A stretch of DNA of 64,000 bases from Ginsengibacter sp. (GCA_034676505.1 JAUCCB010000001.1:2553245-2617244); one strand, 5' to 3'. Positions 29,191 through 39,131 are shown, counted from the first letter of the stretch. The notes: generated by a model from the sequence alone, not told the origin. Numbers and translations are program-made.

Positions 29191-31257
29191 TTAATCATTC
29201 AGTAATTGCGCTACTACCCTACTCACTTTCTCTACATTCGGAAGCGCGGCGTTTTCTAATAATATATTCATTGGAATCGCAGGAATATTAAGTGCTCCCA
29301 TTACTTCTACCGGTGCATCTAAAAATCGGAAACATTCTTTTGAAATCCTTGCTGCTAAAGATTCTGCAAAGGAATTATTTTGTTGTTCTTCCGTTAATAC
29401 TAAACATTTTCCATGACGTTTTACGGTAGTAAAAACTAATTCTTCATCTAAAGGATACAGTGTTCGCAAATCAATAATTTCAATCTGCCCTTTGAATAAT
29501 TTTTCTACTCCTTTTGCCCAATACACTCCCATGCCATAGGTGATGATACAACAGCTTTCTCCTGATGAAATAAAACTTTCCTCTGCAGATTGTACAATTC
29601 GGCCTTTACCTAACGGTAATGTATAATCGCGATCGGGTTCAATAGTTTTTGCATCTTCTGTTCCGGGAACTTTGCTCCAATAAAGCCCTTTATGTTCCAA
29701 TATGATCACCGGATTGGGATCTAAAAATGCAGCTTTCATTAAACCTTTCATATCAGCAGCATTCGAAGGATACACAATCTTTATTCCTTTGATAGTTAAT
29801 AACAAACTCTCAACAGAACCGCTATGATAGGGTCCTCCGCCACCATAAGCTCCAATAGGTACTCGAATTAAAGTTTGTACAGGAAATTTTCCGCAACTTA
29901 AATAACAACTTTTGGCTACTTCTGTTGCTAATTGATTAAGCCCGGGATAAATGTAATCTGCGAATTGAATTTCCACAATTGGTTTTACTCCTACAGCACT
30001 CATCCCTACAGTAGAACCAATAATGTAAGCCTCTTGTATGGCGGTATTGAAAACTCGGTGGCTTCCAAATTGTTCGCCCAAAGTAGCTGCTTCTCTAAAA
30101 ACTCCACCCAGTCTTTTTCCAACATCTTGTCCGTACAAAATAGCTTCAGGAAAGGTTTCCATAATTTCTCTGATAGCAAATAAACCGGCATCTACCATCA
30201 CAATTTTTTCTTTTCCTTTCGGTTCTCGGTTTCCTTTTTCTTCAGTAATAGTTGTCGGTGCGAAAATATGCTCTTCAACAGTTTTAGGATCAGGTTCCGG
30301 TGATGCTACCGCTTTTTTAAATGACTCTGAAATTTCTTCAAAGGTTTTATTTTCAATGGAAATAATTTCATTTTCATCTATTCCTCGATTCAATAATTCT
30401 TTCCTCAATTTCGGAAAAGGATCGTCTTTATAATGTTCTTTTAAATTCTCTTCACTTCTATAAAATTCTTTCCTGACTCCGCTGGTATGATGGCCTAATA
30501 AAGGCACTTTTGCATGTACTAAAAATGGCTGTGAAGTAGTTCGGACTTGATTTACCACCTCATTCATCGTTTGATAACTTTCTATAAAATTGCTGCCATC
30601 AATTGAAATTCGATTCAAACCTTTAAAGCCGCACGCAAATTCATAAGCATTCATCGTACGAGCTTCTTCAGAACTGACACTGATACCCCATTCATTATCT
30701 TGAACTAAATAAATGATAGGTAATTTTTTTAGTACAGCCACTTGAAATGCTTCACTGATTTCTCCTTCCGTAAGGCTTGCATCACCTAAGGAACAAATGA
30801 CAATTGGATTCTCTCCTTTTTCACTTTTTTTATATAAAGAAGAATGAATGCTTTGTAAATATTGTAAGCCGTGTGCAACGCCTGTTGCCGGAATGGCCTG
30901 CATTCCGGTTGCACTGCTTTGATGAATGATGGTAGGTTTATCCACGCCTCTATAATTCGGATGAGAATAATATTCTCTCCCTCCTGTAAAAATATCTTCT
31001 CCTTTGGCCAATAACTGAAGCATCAAAGTGTAAGGTGAAAAATCTAAACCAAGCAACATACTTTCATCTCGATAATAAGGGCTCACAAAATCGCATGGTA
31101 AAAGTTGAAACGCCGTTGCCAACTGAATTGCTTCGTGGCCTCGAGATGTGGAATGAACATATTTACAAATGGATCTATTTTCTTCATAAGTTGACGCCAT
31201 TTTATTTGCAGAACACATCAACTTATAAGCCCTTAAGAGAATATCTGTTTCTATCAT
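29191..31257 (-). CDS. 2-oxoacid dehydrogenase E1 component, fused alpha/beta subunits
   Basis: 688 aa. The N-terminal half is E1-alpha-like with a ThDP-binding region (GDASLTEGEISEA...NNEWGIS). The C-terminal half is E1-beta/transketolase-like (NTAIQEAYIIG, EIQFADYI). Confidence 0.88.
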   Translation of the reverse strand: MIETDILLRAYKLMCSANKMASTYEENRSICKYVHSTSRGHEAIQLATAFQLLPCDFVSPYYRDESMLLGLDFSPYTLMLQLLAKGEDIFTGGREYYSHPNYRGVDKPTIIHQSSATGMQAIPATGVAHGLQYLQSIHSSLYKKSEKGENPIVICSLGDASLTEGEISEAFQVAVLKKLPIIYLVQDNEWGISVSSEEARTMNAYEFACGFKGLNRISIDGSNFIESYQTMNEVVNQVRTTSQPFLVHAKVPLLGHHTSGVRKEFYRSEENLKEHYKDDPFPKLRKELLNRGIDENEIISIENKTFEEISESFKKAVASPEPDPKTVEEHIFAPTTITEEKGNREPKGKEKIVMVDAGLFAIREIMETFPEAILYGQDVGKRLGGVFREAATLGEQFGSHRVFNTAIQEAYIIGSTVGMSAVGVKPIVEIQFADYIYPGLNQLATEVAKSCYLSCGKFPVQTLIRVPIGAYGGGGPYHSGSVESLLLTIKGIKIVYPSNAADMKGLMKAAFLDPNPVIILEHKGLYWSKVPGTEDAKTIEPDRDYTLPLGKGRIVQSAEESFISSGESCCIITYGMGVYWAKGVEKLFKGQIEIIDLRTLYPLDEELVFTTVKRHGKCLVLTEEQQNNSFAESLAARISKECFRFLDAPVEVMGALNIPAIPMNILLENAALPNVEKVSRVVAQLLND

Positions 31258-31282
31258 ATCAAAGATTGACCATTCGCAATGG

Positions 31283-32389
31283 CTAATTAAAATAACTCAA
31301 ATTTGTTCTTGGAGAAAGCGTTAATAAACTTTCATAAATAAGTCGAATCGTATTTTCTATATCATCTTTATGCAACATTTCTACCGTAGTATGCATGTAG
31401 CGTAATGGAATAGAAATCAATGCTGACGGGCATCCGTCGTTCGCATACGCAAATGAATCCGTATCCGTTCCCGTGGTGCGACTCACCGCTCTTAATTGCA
31501 AAGGAATTTTATTTTTTGTTGCAGCTTCTTCAATATGCGCTAATAATTTATTATGTACTGCAGGGCCGTAAACTAAAGCCGGACCTTTACCACAACTGCA
31601 ATCACCTTCAACCAATTTATTAATCATGGGAGTGGTAGAATCATGTGTTACATCTGTAATGATCGCCACATCCGGTTTGATTCTTCGTGCTATCATTTCA
31701 GCTCCACGCAAACCAATTTCTTCTTGCACCGCATTCACAATATAAAGAGCAAAAGGCAGTGATTTTTTATTTTCTTTGAGGAGCCTGGCCACTTGTGAAA
31801 TCATAAATCCACCAATGCGATTATCAAAAGCACGACCGATCAAATTTCCATAAGCAATCTCATCAAACCCTTCTGTATAAGTAACTACAGCGCCAATGTG
31901 GATTCCTAAATCTTCGGCTTCTTTTTTATTTCGTGCTCCGCAATCCAAAAATAAATTCTCGACCTTTGGTTGGTTTTCTTTATCGTTTCCTCCGCTTCTT
32001 GTATGAATTGCAGGCCAACCGAAAACCGCTTTTACTAAACCTTTTTTTCCATGAATCACTACTCTTTGCGAAGGAGCAATTTGATGATCTACTCCCCCAT
32101 TTCTTTTTAAATAAATTAGTCCTTCAGCATTTATATAATTCACAAACCAACTAATTTCATCGGCATGCGCTTCAATAACTACTTTGAAAGCTTTATCAGG
32201 ATTAATCACACCGACTGCAGTGCCATAGGGATCTGTGAAAGTAGTGTCCACATATTTTTTAATATAGTTCAACCAAACCTTTTGTCCGCCGCTTTCAAAG
32301 CCTACGGGTGAAGGCGTGTTCATATATTTTTTTAAAAAACTCATCGATTCATCGCTCACGCTAAAATCTGATTTCTTACTTTTTGCCAT
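31283..32389 (-). CDS. M42 family metallopeptidase (glutamyl aminopeptidase / FrvX-like)
   Basis: 368 aa with M42 signatures IEAHADEI, AFDNRIG, QEEIGLRGA and DVTHD. Confidence 0.88.
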   Translation of the reverse strand: MAKSKKSDFSVSDESMSFLKKYMNTPSPVGFESGGQKVWLNYIKKYVDTTFTDPYGTAVGVINPDKAFKVVIEAHADEISWFVNYINAEGLIYLKRNGGVDHQIAPSQRVVIHGKKGLVKAVFGWPAIHTRSGGNDKENQPKVENLFLDCGARNKKEAEDLGIHIGAVVTYTEGFDEIAYGNLIGRAFDNRIGGFMISQVARLLKENKKSLPFALYIVNAVQEEIGLRGAEMIARRIKPDVAIITDVTHDSTTPMINKLVEGDCSCGKGPALVYGPAVHNKLLAHIEEAATKNKIPLQLRAVSRTTGTDTDSFAYANDGCPSALISIPLRYMHTTVEMLHKDDIENTIRLIYESLLTLSPRTNLSYFN

Positions 32390-32427
32390 AATATTTTTCT
32401 CTTTTTTGAAAGTGCGAATTTAAAGTT

Positions 32428-33270
32428 TTAAACCGAAAGCATAACGAGAACTGCTTGCAATAGCATCATACCATCTATTCCTGCGAGATAAATAAAATCG
32501 GAATTATTTTTCTTGGTCAATTCAATCATGAAACCCGTAGCCAGTGCTGATCCCATCATGCCGAATAAAAAACCAATTTGAGGTAAATAAATAAATTGCG
32601 CCAATGTGAGTAAAACAAAAATTGCTAATAAATAATAAGAGAGTTGGTAAGATTTTTCTTTTCCTAATACTACCGCAAGCGTTTTTCTATTTTCACTTTT
32701 ATCTACTTCAATATCGCGCATATCAAACAGCAAGCATAAAACGAACATAAAAAGAAATCGTTTCAAAAAAATAAAAATAAAAAGTCCCTTATCATAATGC
32801 ATTGTATTCACGGGAAACCATACGGTTACTAATGTCCATAGTAATGCCAAGGTGGTAATTTTCAGTAATCCAAAATCTTTTAATCTCTTTCTGTTTTTAA
32901 AAGGAAGAAAAGGAAATGAATATAGAAATGCAATGATGCCTAAGAAAAACAAAACAAAAAAATGATGAAAATGAAAATTGAGCACTGTATAAACTAATAG
33001 AACGATGCCGCCCACTAAAAATATTAAATGGAGAATTCTATTATGCATTGACCATTGTAGCCTATCAGAACCCGGTGTGGCAGTGGTTTTGATGAGATAA
33101 TGAAAATTATATTGAGTAACTGTGGCGGCAAAAACGAAGATGTAAAAATTAGTGGAATTCAATTCTAGACCAAGTAGAATATTGGTTTCCATGCAGAAAA
33201 CTACTGCACAACAAGCGATAAAAATGCTACTGAATAAAACAAAGTCGATAAACTTTTTTGCCAAGGTCAT
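32428..33270 (-). CDS. polytopic membrane protein, UbiA-prenyltransferase-like (first Asp-rich motif not recognisable)
   Basis: 280 aa with about 8 hydrophobic helices. FDMRDIEVDKSENRKTLAVVLG resembles the second UbiA-family Asp-rich motif, but no NDxxDxxxD-type first motif is seen. Its ATG overlaps the stop of the upstream lipoprotein gene (TAATG). Confidence 0.45.
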   Translation of the reverse strand: MTLAKKFIDFVLFSSIFIACCAVVFCMETNILLGLELNSTNFYIFVFAATVTQYNFHYLIKTTATPGSDRLQWSMHNRILHLIFLVGGIVLLVYTVLNFHFHHFFVLFFLGIIAFLYSFPFLPFKNRKRLKDFGLLKITTLALLWTLVTVWFPVNTMHYDKGLFIFIFLKRFLFMFVLCLLFDMRDIEVDKSENRKTLAVVLGKEKSYQLSYYLLAIFVLLTLAQFIYLPQIGFLFGMMGSALATGFMIELTKKNNSDFIYLAGIDGMMLLQAVLVMLSV

Positions 33271-33710
33271 TATTTAAAAATAATAATCGGAGGAGATGAA
33301 ATTGTATCACTCACATTATTAGCTTTATCTTTCAATGCAAATCTAAAAACAGCCGTATCATTCTGTGCACAACGAGGCCCTATCTGTACATAAGGAGGTT
33401 GGTTATATCCAAATGTGACAATTAAATCTCCTTCCAAATTCTTTGTAGGAGGCACGGCCGGCAAACCATACAATTGTTTAAAATTACTCAATGCACAACG
33501 AGGTTCAATTTTCTGAACAAATACAGAATCACTGATATCACCCTCTGCGTCTGTAAAAGAAATTACAAATTGCAAAAGTTCGCCGGAATGTAATTGAGTT
33601 GTATTAACCGATTTTAATTTGATACTGGGACGAGTACCGAACTTATCTTTTTTACATCCCGTAAGGACGAATAATAATAGTAATATGGAAAATAAATTTG
33701 TGTATCGCAT
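33270..33710 (-). CDS. small lipoprotein of unknown function
   Basis: 146 aa with lipobox LLFVLTGC. It is translationally coupled to the UbiA-like gene. Confidence 0.5.
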   Translation of the reverse strand: MRYTNLFSILLLLFVLTGCKKDKFGTRPSIKLKSVNTTQLHSGELLQFVISFTDAEGDISDSVFVQKIEPRCALSNFKQLYGLPAVPPTKNLEGDLIVTFGYNQPPYVQIGPRCAQNDTAVFRFALKDKANNVSDTISSPPIIIFK

Positions 33711-33818
33711 CTTTGTATTTTAAAAATCAAATTTAATTATTAAAAACTGAACAGTCTATTAGAAATATCTAAATGGGAAAATAAGATATTCCAAGCGAAT
33801 TCCGACAATTTCAATGAA

Positions 33819-34763
33819 ATGGCTTTAGCCTTGTTTCAATTGCAAGTACAATCGAATCTTGTTTACCAAAAATATGTAGATTCTTTGAAGATTTTTCCGG
33901 AGAATATTCAGCAAATCCATCAAATTCCTTTTCTTCCGATTTCGTTTTTTAAAACACATCCAATTATTTCTACGCAATTCCATCCTGAAATAATTTTTGA
34001 GAGCAGTGGTACTACACAACAGAATACCAGCAAGCATTTGGTAAAAAAGATTTCATTATATAGAAATAGTTTTTTAAAAGGATTTGAACTATTTTATGGA
34101 GATATAAAAGATTGGTGCATTATAGGATTATTGCCCGGATATTTAGAGAGAGAAAATTCTTCCTTGGTATTTATGGTAAATGATTTAATCCAAATCAGCC
34201 AACATCCTAATAACGGTTTTTATCTTCACAATCAAGAAGATTTATTGGCTACATTAAAAAAGAATGAATCTGTTGCACAACGAACTTTACTCATTGGAGT
34301 TACTTATGCGCTTTTAGATTTTGCAGAAAAATATCCGATACAATTAAAACATACTACCATCATGGAAACAGGTGGTATGAAGGGGCGAAGAAAAGAAATG
34401 ACTCGCGAAGAAGTACATGATTTTTTACAAACAAAATTAGGAGTTGAGAATATTCATTCGGAATATGGCATGACCGAATTGCTCTCTCAGGGCTATTCTT
34501 CAGCAAACGGAATTTTTAAAAATCCGCCTTGGATGAAAATTGGATTGAGAGAATATAATGATCCGTTTGCAATAATTTTTGATACGCATCAAAAGCCTGT
34601 GAATGGATTGATCAATGTAATCGATTTGGCGAATTTGTATTCCTGTAGTTTTATTGCGACGGATGATGTGGGTAAATTATATCCGGATGGTAGTTTCGAA
34701 GTTTTGGGAAGAAGAGATTTAAGTGATCTACGAGGTTGTAGTTTACTTACTGCGAATGAATAA
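33819..34763 (+). CDS. LuxE/PaaK-like acyl-adenylate-forming acyltransferase family protein
   Basis: 314 aa as tracked, with SSGTT, ETGGMKGRR and YGMTEL motifs typical of LuxE-like acyl-protein synthetases. The frame is open upstream to 33744 without an ATG, so the true start may be non-canonical. Confidence 0.65.
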   Translation: MALALFQLQVQSNLVYQKYVDSLKIFPENIQQIHQIPFLPISFFKTHPIISTQFHPEIIFESSGTTQQNTSKHLVKKISLYRNSFLKGFELFYGDIKDWCIIGLLPGYLERENSSLVFMVNDLIQISQHPNNGFYLHNQEDLLATLKKNESVAQRTLLIGVTYALLDFAEKYPIQLKHTTIMETGGMKGRRKEMTREEVHDFLQTKLGVENIHSEYGMTELLSQGYSSANGIFKNPPWMKIGLREYNDPFAIIFDTHQKPVNGLINVIDLANLYSCSFIATDDVGKLYPDGSFEVLGRRDLSDLRGCSLLTANE

Positions 34764-34842
34764 TCGTTTTATGATTAAAAGAATTTAAAAATCCTTTAGT
34801 TTTTCTTAATTAGCAAGTGCTGATTGGTTTTGAACTCGGTAT

Positions 34843-36495
34843 TCATATTTTTTTTTTCAATTCTTGGTAATCGAAAAATTCGAGTGTTACTTCATTATCA
34901 ATTCCTTTCACATATTCTATTAAACCTTGTTTATCGATACCTTCAAAATTGTCAAAAACTAAACCGATGAATATTCTAAGATTATTGGTATCTCTAAAAG
35001 CGATTTTTAATTTCTTATGACGATTTAAAATTTCATTTACGGCAAATTTTAATCTGGCATTTCCTTTATTACTTTGCCAATATTTTATTTCAGCTATGTA
35101 GGTCGCTTCTTTGTTAGAGAAATAAGCATCTAATACAAACTTGCCAATTTGAGTGGCTATGGTGATGTTTGTTTTAAAAGGAATATTGTATTTGAATCCA
35201 ATTTCTTGTGATGCCCATTTTCCTGAATTGGTATACACTTCTATCAATTGATGAATATCGTAATCATCAACCGTATTCTCTAATTTTTCATCAAGATTAC
35301 TGAAGGAAATATTTTCGGGAATATCAGTGAAATCGAGCCTATTAGCGTCATTGAATGTACTTACTACTTCAGAAGATTGCGGCTGCTCATGAATTTCTTC
35401 CTCCTCTTCTTCAATTTCTTCTTGAATATTTTCCACCGATTGCTCTTCATTGATGATGGGTGTAGCAATTGTTTCTTGAGGTAGAATATCATCAATTGTT
35501 TCTTCTAATTCTTGTTCATTATTAGCAGAAATAATTTCATCTTCAATTTGAATATCCTCCTTTATTTCTTCTTTACTTGTCGGAAGAATTGCTTCAACTA
35601 TTGGTTCAATAACCGGTTCAACTTTTTCCAATTTTTGTTGTGGCGGAAAAGTTTCTTGAACATTCTGAATTTCAATCTCCTTCTTTGCTACAGGTGCGAT
35701 TACTTCTTCTTTTATTTCTTTAATAATCGGAGGAATTGGCTCAGTTTGAGTTTCAATAGTTGGAGGAATTATTTTTTCCTCTACTTTAGAGTTTGATTGT
35801 TTCTTTTCAATTACCGGAATTTGTTCCGGTTCTTCTTCCTTGGTAGAAATAGATTCATTTTTAGAAGGCTTATAATTTTCTTCTGATTTAGGATTTTGAG
35901 AAGAGTTGATTTCTCTGAGCGTTGCTACAAATGAGGAAACAGTTTCTTTTTTGGGTTGAGGTTTAGAAGCTTCTTTTTTTATTATCGGCTTTGATGGATT
36001 TTTACTAACAACAGCAGTGGGTGAAACTTTTTTAACAAGTGAAGGTTCCCCATAGGACTCTTGTTGGTAGTGATTTTCATATAATTCTTCGTCCTCATCA
36101 TCTTCAATTTCTTCTTCTTTATATCTTTCTCGAGAATTTCTATAATTTTCTTCGAACGAATTTTCTTTAGCTCTTTTTTTTAATTCTTGATATCGATTTC
36201 TTTTGGAAGGCTTTTCCATTCTCTCCTCAAAGTCATCTTCATCATAAGATTCTGGAGGTTGTGGATTTCTTTGTTTGACTGCCAAATAAATTAAACCTAC
36301 CATTAATAAAACCGGAAAACTAATTATGAACCAAATGAATGGGAGCCTCTCTGAAGAGCCGTGTAAGTTTTTTAGATTAAAGATTATTACCAAAGAAGCA
36401 ATCGTATACACAAGGCACACACAAAGAGCAACCACACCCAATGGCGGCATTGAAAACCCTTTCCCTCTATGATTATAATTTCTTGATGAATTCAT
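34843..36495 (-). CDS. membrane-anchored protein: 2 TM + ~330-aa acidic low-complexity linker + C-terminal PD-(D/E)xK-like module
   Basis: 550 aa with two N-terminal hydrophobic helices (res ~19-39 and ~53-73). Residues ~75-400 are E/K/P/I-rich and low-complexity. The C-terminal ~145 aa has an alpha-beta-beta-beta-alpha-beta pattern carrying FVLDAYF (D456) and YIAEIKYW (E469-x-K471). Confidence 0.5.
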   Translation of the reverse strand: MNSSRNYNHRGKGFSMPPLGVVALCVCLVYTIASLVIIFNLKNLHGSSERLPFIWFIISFPVLLMVGLIYLAVKQRNPQPPESYDEDDFEERMEKPSKRNRYQELKKRAKENSFEENYRNSRERYKEEEIEDDEDEELYENHYQQESYGEPSLVKKVSPTAVVSKNPSKPIIKKEASKPQPKKETVSSFVATLREINSSQNPKSEENYKPSKNESISTKEEEPEQIPVIEKKQSNSKVEEKIIPPTIETQTEPIPPIIKEIKEEVIAPVAKKEIEIQNVQETFPPQQKLEKVEPVIEPIVEAILPTSKEEIKEDIQIEDEIISANNEQELEETIDDILPQETIATPIINEEQSVENIQEEIEEEEEEIHEQPQSSEVVSTFNDANRLDFTDIPENISFSNLDEKLENTVDDYDIHQLIEVYTNSGKWASQEIGFKYNIPFKTNITIATQIGKFVLDAYFSNKEATYIAEIKYWQSNKGNARLKFAVNEILNRHKKLKIAFRDTNNLRIFIGLVFDNFEGIDKQGLIEYVKGIDNEVTLEFFDYQELKKKI

Positions 36496-36726
36496 TTAAT
36501 TCTTACAATATTTCTCCAACAAAACCGTTCAGTTAGTTTTAATACATATATAAAGTTAGTTCATTTTTCAATTTAATCTTCCTTAATCAGTGTTAACCCT
36601 TATAATTTTTGATCAATCTTTATTGATTTTATTAATTGCATAATTTCTAAACCTAAGTGTAACTTCGACGGACTTTAAAAATCTTTAATCGTATTTAATT
36701 AAATCTTTGATTGAAAAAAGTAAAAC

Positions 36727-38382
36727 ATGCCCAAACAGTATGACGCTATAATCATTGGATCCGGACTTTCAGGATTAGTAGCTGCAAATGAATTAATCAA
36801 CAAAGGAGCTAAAATTTTGATATTGGATCAAGAACCTGAACAAAATTTGGGTGGACAAGCATTTTGGTCTTTTGGTGGATTATTTCTTGTCAATTCTCCT
36901 CAACAAAGGCGAATGGGCATCAAAGATAGTTATGAGCTTGCTTTGCAAGATTGGATGGGCACTGCACAATTTGATAGAAAAGAAGATCATTGGCCTAATA
37001 AGTGGGCAGAGGCTTATGTTGCATTTGCCTCCGGAGAAAAATATAGTTGGTTGCGGCAATTAGGAATTCGATTTTTCCCTGTGGTTGGCTGGGCTGAAAG
37101 AGGTGGCTATAATGCAATGGGACATGGTAATTCTGTTCCTCGATTTCATATTACTTGGGGTACAGGGCCGGGTTTATTAGAACCATTTATTTTTCGTGTA
37201 CGCGAAGCTGTTAGTAAGGGTTTAGTAGATTTAAAATTTCGTCATAGAGTTAATGAATTGATTGTTACAGATGGAAAAGTACTTGGAGCAAGAGGAGTTG
37301 TTTTAGAAGAAAGCAAAGTACTCAGAGCGGAAAAAAGTTCAGATAAAGAAATTGGAGATTTCTCGGTCTATGCTGACCATGTAATCGTTACCACCGGCGG
37401 CATTGGTGCCAATTTAGAATTAGTAAGAAAAAATTGGCCGAAGAGATTAGGGAAAGCACCGGAACATATGCTGAGCGGAGTCCCAGAATTTGTAGATGGG
37501 AAAATGTTAGGAATTGCTCAAACTGCCGGAGCAAATATCATCAATCCGGATAGGATGTGGCATTATACAGAAGGCATAAAAAATTGGGCGCCCATTTGGA
37601 AAAATCATGGTATTCGAATTCTTCCTGGGCCTACATCTATTTGGTTAGATGCAAATGGAATTCAATTACCGGTGCCACTTTTTCCCGGATTCGATACATT
37701 AGGAACACTGAAATATATCATGAATACAGGCTATGATTATTCTTGGTTTATTCTGAATCAAAAAATTATCCGAAAAGAATTTGCTCTTTCGGGCTGTGAG
37801 CAAAATCCGGATCTTACTGATAAAAATTGGCAACAAGTTTTAAGTAGAGCCTTTGGAAGTAAGGCTACTGCGCCTGTTGAAGCCTTTAAAGAACATGGAG
37901 AAGATTTTATTGTAAAAAATAATTTGGAAGATTTGGTAGCAGCGATGAATGAAAAAACTCCAAATCCTCTTCTCAATTATGAAAAAATTAAAACCATCCT
38001 AGAATCGCGAGATAGAGAAATTGATAATCGATTTACAAAAGATGCACAGATTACAGCAATCAGAGGTGCAAGAAAATATTGGGGAGATAAATTAATTAGA
38101 ACTGCTCCCTTACACAAAATTTTAGACCCAAAAGCCGGTCCGCTGATCGCCGTGAAATTGCACATTCTTACGCGCAAAACTCTGGGAGGATTAGAAACAA
38201 ATTTAAACGGTGAAGTTTTAAATGCAGATGGAAATATAATCTCAGGATTGTATGCTGCCGGAGAAGTTTCCGGTTTTGGTGGCGGTGGAATGCACGGTTA
38301 CAGTGCATTAGAAGGTTCTTTTTTAGGTGGTTGTATTTTTTCCGGAAGAATTGCAGGGAAATCTGTTGCAGATAAATTATAA
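36727..38382 (+). CDS. FAD-binding dehydrogenase (fumarate reductase/KsdD-like flavoprotein family)
   Basis: 551 aa with an N-terminal dinucleotide-binding motif (DAIIIGSGLSGLVAA) and a C-terminal LYAAGE flavoprotein motif. Confidence 0.82.
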   Translation: MPKQYDAIIIGSGLSGLVAANELINKGAKILILDQEPEQNLGGQAFWSFGGLFLVNSPQQRRMGIKDSYELALQDWMGTAQFDRKEDHWPNKWAEAYVAFASGEKYSWLRQLGIRFFPVVGWAERGGYNAMGHGNSVPRFHITWGTGPGLLEPFIFRVREAVSKGLVDLKFRHRVNELIVTDGKVLGARGVVLEESKVLRAEKSSDKEIGDFSVYADHVIVTTGGIGANLELVRKNWPKRLGKAPEHMLSGVPEFVDGKMLGIAQTAGANIINPDRMWHYTEGIKNWAPIWKNHGIRILPGPTSIWLDANGIQLPVPLFPGFDTLGTLKYIMNTGYDYSWFILNQKIIRKEFALSGCEQNPDLTDKNWQQVLSRAFGSKATAPVEAFKEHGEDFIVKNNLEDLVAAMNEKTPNPLLNYEKIKTILESRDREIDNRFTKDAQITAIRGARKYWGDKLIRTAPLHKILDPKAGPLIAVKLHILTRKTLGGLETNLNGEVLNADGNIISGLYAAGEVSGFGGGGMHGYSALEGSFLGGCIFSGRIAGKSVADKL

Positions 38383-38387
38383 AATTT

Positions 38388-39131
38388 TTATTCTCCCATT
38401 CCTTCCTCACCCGCAGTTTTACTGCTTGTTGCAATGAGCGAATTCACCTGTTCTATTTCTTGCGGAGTAAAATATCTCCATTTTCCTTTTTCTAAACCTT
38501 TCAGCGTAATATGCATAATTCTTACTCTGGTTAATGAAGTCACTTTATAACCTAGTGCAGCACACATTCTCCTGATTTGCCTATTTAATCCTTGAGTAAG
38601 AATAATCCGAAATTTCTTTTCACCTTCTTGTTTTACGAAACACTTTTTTGTTATCGTTCCCAGAATTGGAACTCCGTTTCCCATTTTTTTTATAAAATTC
38701 GGACTTATGGTTTGATCGACTGTAACCACATATTCTTTTTCATGACCATTACCGGCACGAAGAATTTTATTGACAATATCTCCATCGTTCGTTAGGAAAA
38801 TCAATCCTTCAGAAAGCTTATCCAATCTACCTATTGGGAAAATTCTACTTTTATAATTAATGAAGTCGATGATATTGGATTCATCTTTTAAATCAGTGGT
38901 ACAAGTAATTCCTTTTGGTTTATTGAACACCATATAAATGGCGTTTAACTTCTTTTTTAATAATTGTCCATCCACTTTCACTTTATCATTTTCATTCACT
39001 CTATTTCCTTTTCGTGCTTCTTTTCCATTGATTAATACACGACCCATTTCTACATATTTATCCGCTTCTCGCCTGCTGCAAAATCCCGTTTCGCTGATGT
39101 ATTTATTAATACTGATACCCGAAGAATCCAA
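38388..39131 (-). CDS. RsuA/RluF-family rRNA pseudouridine synthase with S4 domain
   Basis: 247 aa with an S4-like N-terminus (INKYISETGFCSRREADKYV), the catalytic Asp motif GRLDKLSEGL, and GHEKEY and NRQIRRM. Confidence 0.88.
   Translation of the reverse strand: MDSSGISINKYISETGFCSRREADKYVEMGRVLINGKEARKGNRVNENDKVKVDGQLLKKKLNAIYMVFNKPKGITCTTDLKDESNIIDFINYKSRIFPIGRLDKLSEGLIFLTNDGDIVNKILRAGNGHEKEYVVTVDQTISPNFIKKMGNGVPILGTITKKCFVKQEGEKKFRIILTQGLNRQIRRMCAALGYKVTSLTRVRIMHITLKGLEKGKWRYFTPQEIEQVNSLIATSSKTAGEEGMGE

Noticed and set aside
35512-35796. 94-aa plus-strand ORF opposite the acidic linker of the 550-aa protein.
   Set aside because: It is a Phe/Asn-rich low-complexity complement of GAA/AAA-rich coding sequence. 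It is unlikely to be real.
38168-38434. 88-aa minus-strand ORF bridging the FAD-dehydrogenase and pseudouridine synthase genes.
   Set aside because: It overlaps the 3' ends of two confidently called genes, so it is a shadow frame.
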